Shown here piece by piece: positions 39,790 through 52,789 of a stretch of 64,000 nucleotides of DNA. The DNA comes from Raillietiella orientalis. Lineage: Eukaryota. The DNA lies in assembly GCA_036172245.1 (NCBI GenBank), contig JAYWIR010000046.1:186001-250000 (forward strand), given 5' to 3'. The notes beneath the pieces are model-generated. The model saw only the letters and a program-made list of their open reading frames with translations, was not told the DNA's origin and did no database searches. A program made the position numbers and the translations under genes. Position 1 is the stretch's first letter. Each line of letters opens with the position of its first letter.

Positions 39790-42700
39790 ATCATCGCTTC
39801 AGCGTTCCTGGGTATGCTCCTGCTTTTCCTGGCAGTTTCCGCCGCACACTACAGGAGCTAGAAATACGAGCAGGAGCTGGACAGCTTGCAGTGGAAGATC
39901 GACCTCGAAGACATTGTGTTCGGAGAGAGCAGGCTGTACAGAGTCTGGAACTCCGAGAGTGACTTCCTATTGAGATCCTCCGATGTAAGCGAATGTCTTC
40001 TCTTAGGGGGAGGAGGAAGAGGGGACGTCTGGTATGGTCTTTCCCTTCTCCAATCAGAGATATCTAGCGATTCCTCTCGAGATTGATCTCGGAAAGGAAA
40101 AGGAGAAGACTGACCCGCCGCCCCTGCGAAGCACCCGTTTTCGACCCAAGTTTTTTTCTTTTGTTTTATCCCGCCATCCCCAGTGTCTCTCTTTTCTGCT
40201 GACCTTAAGGATGATGACCCTATGTCCTAGAGGGAGAGAACGAGACCCAAATTCTTTGCACAGCAGCCTGAACTCGAGTTTGCCTAGGGCATATTAACAG
40301 GGGTCTTCATCCCTGGTTATTAATGGGGTCAGCACTGGAGTGGTGGCCCGGTCAGGTGACCGCTGTTCGCTATCCCTGCTTTTTCCTGGGGATTCTTGAT
40401 CTCCGATCCTGACCGCCGACAAGCTGCTATTTTCCCGAGGAACCCAGAAGACCTTCAGGTCGGAGATACGGAGGAGGGATGGAAGGAGTGGTTTCACTGG
40501 GTTGGGCAAGTTTCCTGGCCTTTCCTCACGCCAGATGCCATCGCATCGGAAGCAACCATCAGGAACTGACAGTAGGCAGATCTCTGCTCCTTTTTCTGGC
40601 CGAAGCATATACACTTCGAATCGGGAATGAGAGCAGTTCTGTCCTCCCCCTCAAGAGTCTCTGCAGCTTCTCTCCTCCTCCACCTCTTCTGGCCTCAGGG
40701 AGATCTTTAGAGCAGTTGCTCGCTTGACCTAGCAGCCTTCCTCCCGGAGACCGCTGCTGGATTACACGCGCGAAAGCATTGAGCTATGCCTCCCTGTCCA
40801 TTCCTTTTCAACCTGTTCCAGGGATTCTGAGAAGCTCGTACGCGGATGCTCCTAGACACCAAAGGCGGAGCTCCGTCCGTACGCGCTCGTTCCCCGTCTC
40901 CCCCTCCCCCTACTGACGCTCCTCCCTCTCCTTGCTGCCGAGGTTCCTGGAGGATCCGACCCTCCCGTCTTTTCTCTTCCCCCTTCTCCATGCTTGCCAT
41001 CTAAATCCCGCCCGCTTATTCGGGTACGAGGCGCTCGGTTTCTTGTGCTGCGGCGCTCACGCGAGTGTCCTAGCAGTCCTTCGTGGTGGCTCCCCCTTGT
41101 GGTACCCGCGGAGCCGCAGCACCCGAGGGCTCGAAAAATGGAAGCTCTGTGGCATCTTCCTCAAGAGAAGGTAACGTCTAGGACAAGGGATCAGAGGGGA
41201 TGGGAAGAGGAGCGGAAGCAGGGAGATGGATTCCATCCCTCCTTTCTCAGTCTGGAGTTTTCCTCTTGGGCCAGAGACTCGCACCTCCCTTCGTGGGACG
41301 GAGCGCACGCTGTGAACCCTCTTTGTTTCTTCCTTTCGATCGCCCGTCGGGTTGAGTCCCGGTTCCTCCTGAGGAAAACATCTATGAGACCGCGCACGAA
41401 AAACTCCATCGCGCACCCCCTACGTGTTTCGATGCGTTTGGCTTCTTTGCTCCTCCAGCCCTCACCACCGACCATGGCAGGAAGATTCTCGGCCCAGAGT
41501 TCCGCGGCTCTCAGAGAGTCTCCGCGTGTGGCAAGGAGATTCACACGCTTCCCGTAGATGTCCTGAGCTGTCTTCACTGATCGCGTTTAATGATCCTTGG
41601 CTCGCCAATCCGCCTCCGACTGCCTCGCTTTGATCTTGGACTCCTCTTAGTAACCCAGGCATTTCCTGTTTCCATCGAGACGGAAGTTCCCAGAAGTAAT
41701 TCCATCCCTCACTTGCATCCCTTGCGGTGGTCTCTCGCGGTCTCTCCGCCGGTTTCCCCTTGGGGGACCGCGCCAGGCGGGACGCGCTTCGCTTAGCGCC
41801 TTCTCCCCGAAATTTCACCCCCATCGCGCCGCTTCCTGTCCCCCAATGCGAGGGTGGAAAAGGGGCGGATGGAATCTGCTCGACTGCCGGGCAGCAAGCA
41901 GTTCCGCACACCGAAGCCCTTTTTCGGTCCAGGTGTGTTTAGCGGACGAGTCCGACGCTCATCACAATGCGAGGTCGAGCGAGGACACGAGTCGAGCTGA
42001 GACTCAGCGAAAATCGAGAAACCCCCTCTTCGCGCAGGCCTTTTGCCCACTGAGGGAAGGCAAGGGAGGGAAAGAGGTAGCTACTTCCCTCCCTTGCCAC
42101 CTTTCCACCCTTATTCTGCACTCGAACTACCACGGGAGGACACTCTGAGCAAGTGGAAGGGAATGCTGCCCCTCGCGCCCCTTGGAGTACATGGGGGCGT
42201 CAACCTCTTGAGTGTGCGTGCGGGCGCGCCTTTCGACGCGGTGCACGTTCTTCGAACTGAAAAGCGACGCCGCTCGGCAGTTGCCTGGCAACCAGGATTG
42301 GCGCCAATCTTCTCCGCCTGATGGTCCATCGTTAACTTGCAGCAAGGATCCGAATCATCTTTCTGCCCCTGCTCCAGCTCTCCCAAGCTTGAATTCCGTT
42401 ACTCCGGATACTTCACAGAGGTTTGTTTCTACAAGGGAAAGATGTGTGCCCTGAAGACTGTCAAGAAAAACATCGTCCTCTCGCGAGCCATGAAGAAAAG
42501 CCTGAAAATCGTAGGTGGCGAGCGTGGCTCTACCCCGTCTTACGACACACCCCGCCCCCTTTACCCTTCAGGCAATAGATCTGCAGCACGAGAACCTCAA
42601 CCCCTATATTGGGATGTGCATCGACAGTCCATACATCCACATTCTGAACAACTACTGCAAGAAAGGAAGCCTCAAGGTGAGAATCGAAGAGAAACTGGGT

Positions 42701-45165
42701 GTTGAAGGAGCGACCTTGTCCTCCGGGAATGAGACGTGATCACACGCGCACCATCTTTGGGATGCTCTTTGTCAGCAATCCTTCTGCCTGGGAAGGTAAC
42801 AGTCAGAGACATCTGGCAGACGATGCCGCTCCCGTTTCGAGGCGTTTCCACAACTATTGACGGAATAGGCCCACACGTTGGAAGGCCTTTCAGTTACCCC
42901 GAATTAGCAGTGCACTGGGGAAGAATCGGGAGTTATTCCAGATACCGTGCATTTTCCTTTTATTGTGTGTGTGTTTTAGGATGTCCTGAGTAATCGAGAG
43001 GTAAACCTGGACAGGTTGTTCCTCATCTCTCTGGCCGATGACATCATCAAGGTGAGTCACCAAGATTGGGATCTAAGAAACATTCCATTATTCGAACTTT
43101 GGGAAGCTTTCTTCCATGCAAGAATTCAGAAGCTTTCTGAATGCTTGCATGCTTGAAGGCATCCTCGAAACTCGGGCGTCAGCGAGACGTGCATTCGCAT
43201 GCCTCCAGCAATTGGGAATCAGAGTGCATGAGTTTCCTCTTCATTTGTGTTTTGTTCTCCGCGATGCTGTCATTCCTTGATGTGAGTCCTCACATAACTC
43301 GAGCGACGCAGCGAGAAGAAGCGCGTCGTTTCGGAACGTGGATAAAGAATATTTGGACATGTAGAAAACAAGAAGGCATATTTAGCATTCTGATGCGATT
43401 TACGACAAAAAAAATGAACTAGGTAGAAGTGCTGAGCGAGTCTTCCATGCGATTGCTGAATTTGTTCCCCTCGTGGCTGGTTGCACACTCGCTAACCAGT
43501 GGTTAGTGGTCGTGTGGCCAATCTCCGTCGATTTCGGAGGCTAAAGATCACCAGCTTGATGTTCAAAGGATTCCGCTGATTGCAAGAATACGGAGACTGG
43601 ATAGAATGGGGATGCTACACTTTGTTTCATCTATCAGATCCTAGGAGAAAAAAGGTCACTAGCCTAGGTCCTTAGAAAGACATGTCCCCGAAGCATCCAG
43701 TGATCCATCAGTCATCCAGTAGACTGTCTTGCTCCTCCGAATGCCGACCGAAAGATGAAGAAGTTCATGAAATTCTTGTTGATTTGTTTGAGACAAAAAA
43801 CGACTGTCTTTGACTCATTGATCACCACCTGCTAAGATGAAACCAAACCCATTACTTGCTATGAAACGAAGCAAGCAAGGAGGCTACGGAAACAGTTGGT
43901 TTGGTGTATCGAGGTTTTTGGTAAATGCTGAGAGTGCGCCTCCGCATTTCTTCAAGTCTTCGAGCCTGCATTTTAATGTCTTTTACAAATGGCTTTGCGT
44001 GGTTGTCGACAGAGAGTCATTACATTGGGAAGTCTGTACCTGTTATTGTCGGAAACACAGTAACATGGGATAAATTCTCTTCAGATTACATGGCTTTTAC
44101 TTAATGCTTAGCTTGTTCCATGAGTCTTGGCAGCAGTCATTACAGAATATTATGAGGGATTACTCTTTACATTTGGATTTGTTGCCCTTGCAGCCTTCCA
44201 CTTATTAACCTGCCCACAAAAAAAGCTTTTTCATCTGAAGGTTCCACAGCTTTGCTGCCATGGACTTGTCGGCAATAAACTCGCAAATTTACAGATTGCA
44301 GCGAGGAATCTTCTTAGATTAGGAAATTTGCTGTAGTTAGAGAGGTCGATGCATTCTGCAAGTACCGGTGGATCGTTGGGTTAGTGCTGCCTGACAGCAA
44401 CTGTAAGATAAACCTTCACCTTCGATAGCCTGCGTTGAATTCTATGCATTTCGCGAGTAGTCATCTACAAGTAAACGCTAATTAAAACATTATTTCACAT
44501 AAATCATTATTCATTACATTCCAGTTACATAATATCTTAAAAATTGATATTAGCTTAGTATTTAAACCCTATAATAGCTACCTCTAAGCCCATAATCTAT
44601 CATTATCATCTTACATTTACAAAAAGAACAAGCTTATCCGTGATCTATTCGCGAAATGTAGTCATCTACAAGGAAACGGAACAGTGAAGAACCGATGACC
44701 ATTCGTGAATTCAATCCTCAGAATTTCTTGACGAGTCAATGATGAATTTATTTTTCTGAAGGGAATGATCTACTTGCACGAGTCCCGATTCGAATCCGTG
44801 GAAACCTAACTCCCACGAACTGCCTTATCGACAAGAAATGGAAATTGAAAATACCGGACTACATGTTTCAGAAGTCCAACGGGAGAATTCCGTGAAGAAG
44901 ACCAAAATTTGCACTGGCGACCACTTGGAAAGTAAGAATATCGTCAAACTAGAAAAATCAGTTTTCGTCTCTCCGATGTCTTGTATACGGCTTCTGAATT
45001 TATAGAAGAAGGAAATATGATCTCGTGGGAAAGTCCTAAAGGGGATGTGTACTCTTTTGCAATCGTTCTTTTCTATTTATTTAGCAGAAGGAAGTCATGT
45101 TTTAAAAACGATGATGATGAATTGTTACAGTCAGTCATCCTTTCCAAAAAGAATGTGATGGTCAG
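39790..45165 (+). pseudogene. Receptor (membrane) guanylyl cyclase pseudogene: TM plus kinase-homology exons
   Basis: Exon ~39790-39984 IIASAFLGMLLLFLAVSAAHYRS*KYEQELDSLQWKID (TAG at 39859-61 in place of W). ~42380-42510 EFRYSGYFTEVCFYKGKMCALK. 42572-42676 DLQHENLNPYIGMC..YCKKGSLK. 42980-43051 DVLSNREVNLDRLFLISLADDIIK. 44762-~45165 GMIYLHES/GNLTPTNCLID..KGDVYSFAIVL (frameshifted). Most boundaries are GT-AG. Confidence 0.88.
40700..42330 (-). mobile_element. L1/Tx1-like ORF2 3' remnant within the guanylyl cyclase intron
   Basis: WNYFWELPSRWKQEMPGLLRG..EDSSGHLREAC resembles the ORF2 C-terminus at 63150. Segment 41781-42075 has an inverted homolog at 58155-58430. Confidence 0.45.
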
Positions 45166-45439
45166 GTAAGCGTGGGAAATGTGCTACGAAATGCCCTATT
45201 TAGAGATCACTAAAAATGAGTATGGCACAAAGAATTTCCTGATTCTTACTGTGCTGTCTGCTTAATCACAAATTGTACAGAGGGGTGAGGATAGCGAATT
45301 TCCAGCTCCACTGAATGTGTAAGAATATGCGCTTCTTGTCGCATTATTGCATTTTCGGACCATCTCTGCATCCATTGGTGACGGATTATCCTCAGATATG
45401 CACCATCATAAAAGCATGTTAGGCAATTCGTCCTGAAGA

Positions 45440-46810
45440 CCGATAAGATTTTCGAACTATGAGAAAGAAGTTCAAACTTGTTTGGCACCGTCTCCAATAC
45501 GCTGTACGCGGCCAAGAAGTATATGGTCCCCGATTTGAGAACGTGCTGCTTGAATATCACGAGGGAAGGGAGAAATCCATACAATTGCTGCCAGCTTGTG
45601 GAGGTTTCGTACCTTTATGGGAATTCGATTTTCTCGAAAAATGCATGGTTTATATCGACGAAATCGCATATTTGGTTCTCGAGGCTGATTATTACTTGAG
45701 TCTCTCGAAAGACATGCTGCTTCGGCTGCTGAAGAGGAACTCGTTTGCAGTCGATGAAATAGAGATCGCCTTCGCGGTGTCGAGGTGGCTGATGGAGCAT
45801 CCGGATGATCGCCGTGATTTGATCCAACTTATCCGTTTCCCTTTGTTCCCATTCCAGCTTGCCTTAGTATACGAAGAATTTGACTATCTGGAAGATGAAG
45901 CAGCATTGCAACTTTTTCTTCACATTTTTTCGAATAGAAGGACATCGTGCCTAGGCATTTCTGCTACTCCTAGGTCGTGTTGCAGGTGTTATAGAATGCC
46001 TGGTTTTTTCCTTGTTCAATCTAAGACATCAGAAATAAAGAAGAGCTTCAGGTGAGTTCAAATACCAGTTAGTTGCTGTCAGTATTTCCATGGGTAGCAG
46101 ACTGAGATGGAGACGGTGGATCAGCTTCCTCGGTGTTACTTTCTCCAAACTCCTTCCCAAAGAGACCCCATCCATCGTAGAGATTCTTTTCGAAAAGGAG
46201 GAATTCAGAACCCCGTCGTTCTTCAAACATGCGGGAATCTCGAATGCTTCTCCCGTAGGAGTGTTTGGAGATTATATATTATGTCTCCACACTTCAAGGA
46301 AACCATGACAATTTTCGTTGAGGTGAGGAATATGCCGGGTGTCGATCATTCGATGTCTCCACGCCAGGGATTTGCATGGGAGAGTAGCGGTTATCTAGCG
46401 TACGATTGTGTCCCGAGCAAAGATACGTTAGAATGTAGAGTTTTCAGACTATTCAGGACAAGGACTGGATATGACGCTGTGGTTTCTAGAATGAGGTGGT
46501 TCTTTCTGCTGGACACTTCAAGAGTGTAAGTATTCCGAACAGAGCTATCGACTTCGTCTCAACTTCGAAACTCACGCTTTACAAGAAGCAACCGGAAGTT
46601 GGGGATGCATGTCAGCCGGCGGATGCCAGCAAGAAATGTATTGTACACGGTATCTGCAGATGCAGATGCACCGCCTGCATGCAAATAAAGAGATCTCTGT
46701 GCAGACCGTTGCTTTTTTTCTGAGGCAAAAAAGAAGAAATGCAGTGGCTGAATCAAAGATTCTGACAGGCATCTTCCCGGTCAGCGAGCTCTGGAACTGT
46801 ACATCCTTGC
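45440..46810 (+). pseudogene. BTB-BACK(-NHR-like) paralog, 5'-truncated and frameshifted
   Basis: FGTVSNTLYAAKKYMVPDLRTCCLNI (ORF 45478), frameshift to CMVYIDEIAY..KDMLLRLLKRNSFAVDEIEIAFAVSRW..IRFPLF (ORF 45459). Nucleotide similarity to ~37330-35990 continues ~800 bp past the BACK domain. Confidence 0.9.
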
Positions 46811-47499
46811 TTGGAAGGTCTCTCCTGTTCTACTACTTTACACTCTAGATTCCAAAGACGGTTAGTGCTGGTTATGCTCACACGTAGAAAAATCTTCAAT
46901 GTAGAAACGAACAGGACTATGGAACCACGCTTTCTTGGGAGGTGTATTTGCGATGTAAATTTTCGCATCTTCTGAAGAAGCAGCTGGGGAATAGCTTTCT
47001 GTATTCTTTATGGACCGATGAACAACGAATAAGATATTCTAAAGAGAGAAAACAATCTGATTCATGTGATCTAACCTCAAATCATGCAGGATTCTTAGTC
47101 AAACAGACTGCTTCCATAATTATTATTTATCTTATGGTTAACGAATTTCACATCCAGGGGCGCAAAATTTCACATCAATTAAAAATTTGAATGGAAATTA
47201 CACTGCTGTCGCTCGGGTAACTTTTCCTGTATTTCAAGAACACTATTACTTTGTAATCCATATTCCTTTAATTATCCATTCTTCACCATCCGTTCCAGAT
47301 AACGTCTTTTTAATTTCACTGACTCCATCTTATCAATTCTCTAAAAACACTGGTTCTAAAGGATCTTCTCGTCTCCTAACTTCCTTATAGATTTTTCACC
47401 ATTTTTTTAAATTCCAAATTCCAAAAGAATACAGTTTTACCCAATACAATATTTCATCCATGCTCGCAGTCAACTCTGGAAGTTGCGGAAAGTGCGATT

Positions 47500-49050
47500 T
47501 GCTTCGGATAGGTTACACGGATACAGTCAGCTTGCCTCTGCTATACTAGGCGATCTTTGTGCTTCTCTGGGTAAAAAGTCTTAAATTTTCGAAGGATAGT
47601 GCATGCAGAAATTGGTGAATCTGAGAACCTCGCTAGTGCTACCGTATCTTCTCTGTACCAGAACCAGGAGACATGCACTTTTAAGGAAGAACTATGACAT
47701 ATGGTAAGAAGTCAAAATTCCCAGCCATGCCAAGATTTCTTGAAAGCCGATTTATGCAATCAGGCGGACATTGTCTTTCGCACTGAAAATATCAAACAGT
47801 TTCGTTCATGAAAATCAAAGATGTTCCTATGAAAAGTTTCCTAGGCAGTTCAGCGGAAACTTGTAAGATTTCTTGCTGGTGTCTGGTAGGAGCCAGCAAC
47901 AACAGTAAGTTTTCAAAGGGATGCCTGTTTCCAAATGACCAAGATCATTTTTTCTGAATGAAGCGATCCCGTGAGGAAATTGAAAGAATTCTTTTCTGAG
48001 GACAAGCAACTGAAATTACATCCTTCGAAGGAGGTGGATTTAACAGCAAATGAGTTATTTCTGCCTCTAGGTTTGTCTGTGGGAGGGTTACTGCTGACCT
48101 CTAGTTCGTCAACAGCAATGGTTGGTAATTTGTTCAGCACTTGCACTTGAAAATCTCTGCTAGTTGACCGACGGTATACTTACAATCACGACTTCTAAGG
48201 AAGGAAACGGCACTTTTCTGAGAAACTTTCTGATATACTTCATTTCTCTTTTTCTCTTCCATACTTGCTACTTAGAAACGATGATTCATTCTAATCATTC
48301 AGGATGCGGTGGTATTTTTGTTTTTCATAATCGAAATGCACCTTCTCGCCGTGCATCGGAAAAAGCCAGCAACATGGTCGGTTGCCTCCTCGTACTTGCT
48401 CTGTTTAGTTTGCTTGTTCTGAGAAAATAAAACTTTTTATTCCTGTCAAATAATTCCTTTTCTTTCTTGGAAATTCGGAAAGAAGCAAACTCGCATGTGT
48501 AAGGAGGTGAAAGGCAACTCTCTCCATGCCGGGCATATAGATAGGGGCTCACAGCTGGGTTAAGGAGACTAGCAGCTCGTCTACCTGTAGATGCGTTTGC
48601 ACCTGGTCCAACGGGAGCTGTGCCTCGCTGTGTATATCGCGAACGTAGCGCAGTTCTTGCCTCCATGATCTGCTCTCACCCTTGAGGCAAAGAAGTTGGT
48701 GCTTGTTTTTAGAAACGTCAATGCAATTAGGAGTGGTCTGTCCTGATGGTTGAAAACTGAACTCCACGAAGTCCCATGTGCCCGTTGTTGAAATCCAGGA
48801 CGCTAATATTCTGCACTCTTACAAGTTCAGACTAGTTGATGGAACCAAGTACCTCAGCGTACACGTTGGAGGTACCTTACTTCAATGGAAGGGCGTACTA
48901 GATCGAATTCGAAAAGAAGCCAACAACTATCAAGGGACCAACTCCTCCCCGAAAAGAAAGTCCAACTTTAAAACTTGCGAGGACATCTTTTCAACCAAGT
49001 TCCTGTTCTCTGCGGCCTTCTTCACATACCGAAGGAGGTGGTGAAACACC
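47500..49050 (-). pseudogene. Possible degenerate NACHT-type NTPase locus
   Basis: HQLLCLKGESRSWRQELRYV (~48700-48640) is reachable from GESGSGK by single-base changes. QPTMLLAFSDA (~48380-48350) is Walker B-like. KEFFQFPHG (~48000-47965) is winged-helix-like. Confidence 0.3.
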
Positions 49051-49399
49051 TTCACATCAACGCCAAGAGAAGTCTCGCGTGGAATGTCATTGAACTGAAA
49101 GTAAAAATGAAGTACATGTGTTGTCCAAGATCGGAAGCATGCGAGACAGCATGTTTATTGGCAAACTGCAAATAACTCACCTAATTGATCTGAACAGGAG
49201 AGCGCTTGGTTGATGATTGCCGTACGTGTTTCACCGAAGAAAGGGGGCTCAACGGAATCCGCGGTTTGATGTTCGCTTTTTGCCCCATGTTTTTTTCGGT
49301 GTCCGGACACCAAGGCAGCGAGAGAGGATCGATCCTACAGAACCAAGGCAACAGCAGCTGAGCCAGAACATCCTACTGTGGATCGTCCCGAAAAGCAGG

Positions 49400-50800
49400 G
49401 AACTCTGCAGCTAGACTGGCCAGGGTGCTGGATACCCTCAAATTGCTCAAATCTTCCGTTGGCTCGGCTAACGCCTGACCTCCTCCTGACGCTCATCTCA
49501 CCCCGGAAAAGGGAGGAAGTGAGAGCCGGGCGCGTCTCAGTTACGAGAATGCTGACGGAGATGAGGGTGTACCTTCCCTCCTCATCTCCGTCGGTATCGA
49601 TCCTGACCTGGTAGTGGAAAGGCTGAGCAGGCTCATCACGAGATCAAGGAGTGGGGAGATTAGAAGAGATCCAGCGGAGCCGCACAGTTGTTGCCTCCTT
49701 GAGGAGGGGGAGAATAGGAGGCAGACACTGCCCCTCCAGAAGTGCGAGTGTACAGCAACAGCAGCGTCATCCTACACTCTGGCCTTCGGAAAGAGAAATA
49801 TCGAAACTTTTCCCCCTTCCTAAAGTCTACAGCTCTTCGCTCCCTGTAAAATTTTCCCAGAATCATGGAATGAGCGTACTCCTGCGGATCCAGAAGAGAC
49901 CAGATAGCGCCATTCGGGAAAGCAAAGGCTTGGTGGGGGAAAAAGGCAAACATTCTACAGGGTGAACGAGTAACCGCAAAAAGACCAGCGCCGCGGTGTT
50001 CGGTTGGAGAAGAGCTGAGCCTCCACGGTGCAACCATTCAATTCCTCCTTGCAAGCCACCTCCTTCTTCCTGGAAGCCGCCAGCGAGGTCGTCCGTCCTC
50101 CAGGCCGGCCACTTCGTCGGAGCCTCCCCCCCGAAGTGCATTTCGCATTAGGTGCTCAAGGAGGACCGAAGCTCTGCTGAATCCCAGTGCGTGCTTTCCT
50201 CCCTGTCGTCCAGCTCCGAAAGCAAAGGGTCACTTTGGTTGCTGCACATGTCACTGTCTGCTACTGGTGGGTCCAAGCTCTAGGGAGGCGCGACTCCCGC
50301 TCACGAGACAGGAGACGAACGTATGACTCTTGGCTTTCAGCTCCTCGTCCGGTCTGATCGGTCGAAATGTGATCGGCACCTTAGAATCCTGGTGCCCTAA
50401 TCAGCCTTCGTTAGGAAGACCAGGTTCCTGAAGTCTTCATGGAGGAGACGGAATCTTCCGCGGATGCGTTCTTCTCAAGAGCACGCCCTCATCGTCCTTG
50501 ACTAGAGCGCCGCATGGTTGGGGTGGACCGCCCCGCACATCAGCCGCTCCACGTCACCTAGGCGAGTCAGGGAGAAGCCCGGCTATCCTGAAGAAAAGCC
50601 CTGGGAGCGTACCACTCATCTCCGATCTTCTCGTGGGAAGGTGTTCCTCGGCCTCCGAAGAGTCTACAGAAGAGCAGTGCGGGGAGGTGCTTTCCACGTT
50701 TCTTGAGCGCCCGCTTGTGCCCATGTCGAGAAGGGGGAGTTCCCAATAGAGACGTTGCGCGGAATAGAGTTTGCAACTACTTCTGGTATATGGCTCTGGC
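49400..50800 (-). mobile_element. Degenerate L1/Tx1-like ORF1 end plus APE endonuclease
   Basis: PALLFCRLFGGRG (knuckle-like), then EMHF, RGAGLFAV..FPNGAIWSLLD, APLDLF and HYQVRI..GRYTLISVSIL, in the order expected for an L1-clade APE domain. Confidence 0.4.
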
Positions 50801-52789
50801 TTCCCGGAGGAAACTGATGCCTGGATCCTTCGGAGGTACCTGTGTTTCAGAATCTCTCCTAAACCTTGATAACCGGTCTCGTAAGCTGATAAGTCGAAGA
50901 GAATCAGTAGTTGGCACTGAACCACCATTCTGCCTTTCACCTATCTTGTCTCCTTTCCACCAATTGAGAAGAAGCCTCTGGCGTCATTCTGATCCGACAA
51001 TTTTGTGGAAACGCACGGCAGCAATGAAGGATGAGACCGAAGGTATTCGACTGCTCACGATTGAGCCACTAATTAGCTGACTGGTTGATAACCAGCATCA
51101 AACTTAAACGCTTCTCAAGGTTCAAGGCAAGTTTCATCTTACACTTCGAAACGACTAGAAGTTTTTGAGTCCGAAGGTCCATTCTTGACGAATCTTCTGA
51201 ATGATCATGCTGCATATGAAATTCTCATTGATCATAGGATGCAAATTTACAAGATTTGTACTGGAAGAGGATCTTTTCGGCGTCGAACTTTTGGAGATGC
51301 CGTCTCTGGAGTTGCATTTGTCTACTCAGTCTCGCTCTAAACTCCTGGAAACTGTTGTCAAGACAGCAGCGAAATGCAAATGGGTTTCTTGGGAATTTCC
51401 GAGCCTGCCATCAACATGTGCAGAAAGCGTTCAGACCCCTTGCAGAAAGTCGACTGTTGAGGGCGCAATTTTGAAAATGGAGTCACGAGATCACTGGGCT
51501 GCCACAACCCAATGCGAGGTAACGCTCTGGAAGGGTGCAGTTTGTAAGGCTTTTGCATCGTTCTTATCGGGAGAGGGGATGCCGAAGACGGCTTCTTTCA
51601 AGAGATCGCAGATGCTACTGAGGTACAAGCTCGAAAAAGCATCGGTGCTTTCCGCCAAACACATGTCGCAGACCCTTGCGTGCATGCACCCTGTGCCGAG
51701 GGGGTGAACACACGACTATCGCTAGATCGCTGACATCGCGAGGACACCACTCGACTCCACAGTTTGTTGACCCAGACTCAACCGATCTGACACAACTCAG
51801 CCAATACCCCCGAGAACGAATCTTTCGGCTGACCTGCAAGTCGGCGAGCCCTCTTAACCGAACTTTTGTGGGACCTTTTTTTTTCTTTCGATTCACAAGG
51901 AACTCCGTGCCTTCTGTAGCTCTTCCGTAGTTTTATTTTTTATCAACAAACGCCGCGGAGCGACTGAGCGAAATACGAGTCCTCCCGAGGACACCGATCT
52001 ATGATTTTGGGTGTGCATAAGCGGCAACTTAGTAATATTACTTATATTACTTAGTAATATGCTGAGATTTACTTGGGTGTTGGGAGGCGTTTATGGTTCG
52101 AAACACTCTGCATTTGTTATGAGATGTTTGATTTCCTGTAGGAAACGCCACGACTTGGTTTTATTTTGTTTAGAAAGAGTGACCTCTTCATTAGTGATTC
52201 AGTGATCGATTAATAATTCGTGATGCTTGAGTGATTCAATGGAGTATTAATTATTCTTCCGTTGTCAGTAAGAATTGCTTACATATCGCCTATCGTTGCT
52301 TTTTTTAACGTAACGAAAAAGTTTGCACGAGATTGGTAGCATTTAAATTTAATCATCGAGTTGATTGGAATGGATGATTACTGACAAGTTTTGCTAATCA
52401 TGTGTCAGCAGTTGTCTCTAAATACGTGTCCTCGATTGAGATTGTCCCCGATTCCAACGAAAGATGTAGGTTTATCTATAGGTATTAGAGGGAACTAAGT
52501 TATTGCTGATAAAGAAGAATGGGTTATTCTAGCGGTGGAGATGAGAAACATTAGGGGATCTTGCAAAGTGATTGATGATAGCCGAGAAGTTTATGGGTCT
52601 CTGTGGTTGGTTTGATTATTTGGTGGTAATAAGTTTTCTAAATAGAAAGCAATGGGAAGTTCCACTCTGGATGCGGTATGAAGGGGCACAGGATAAAGTA
52701 GCACATAATCAAGTTTGGCTATATGAATGTAATTTTGTGTTGCTATAGGATTTCATCGGAGGTTTATTTGAGAAAGGAGTCAGTGCTCT

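Noticed and set aside
51201..51930. 168-aa ORF and neighbouring ORFs
   Set aside because: No recognisable domain or splice structure; cannot be supported as a gene.
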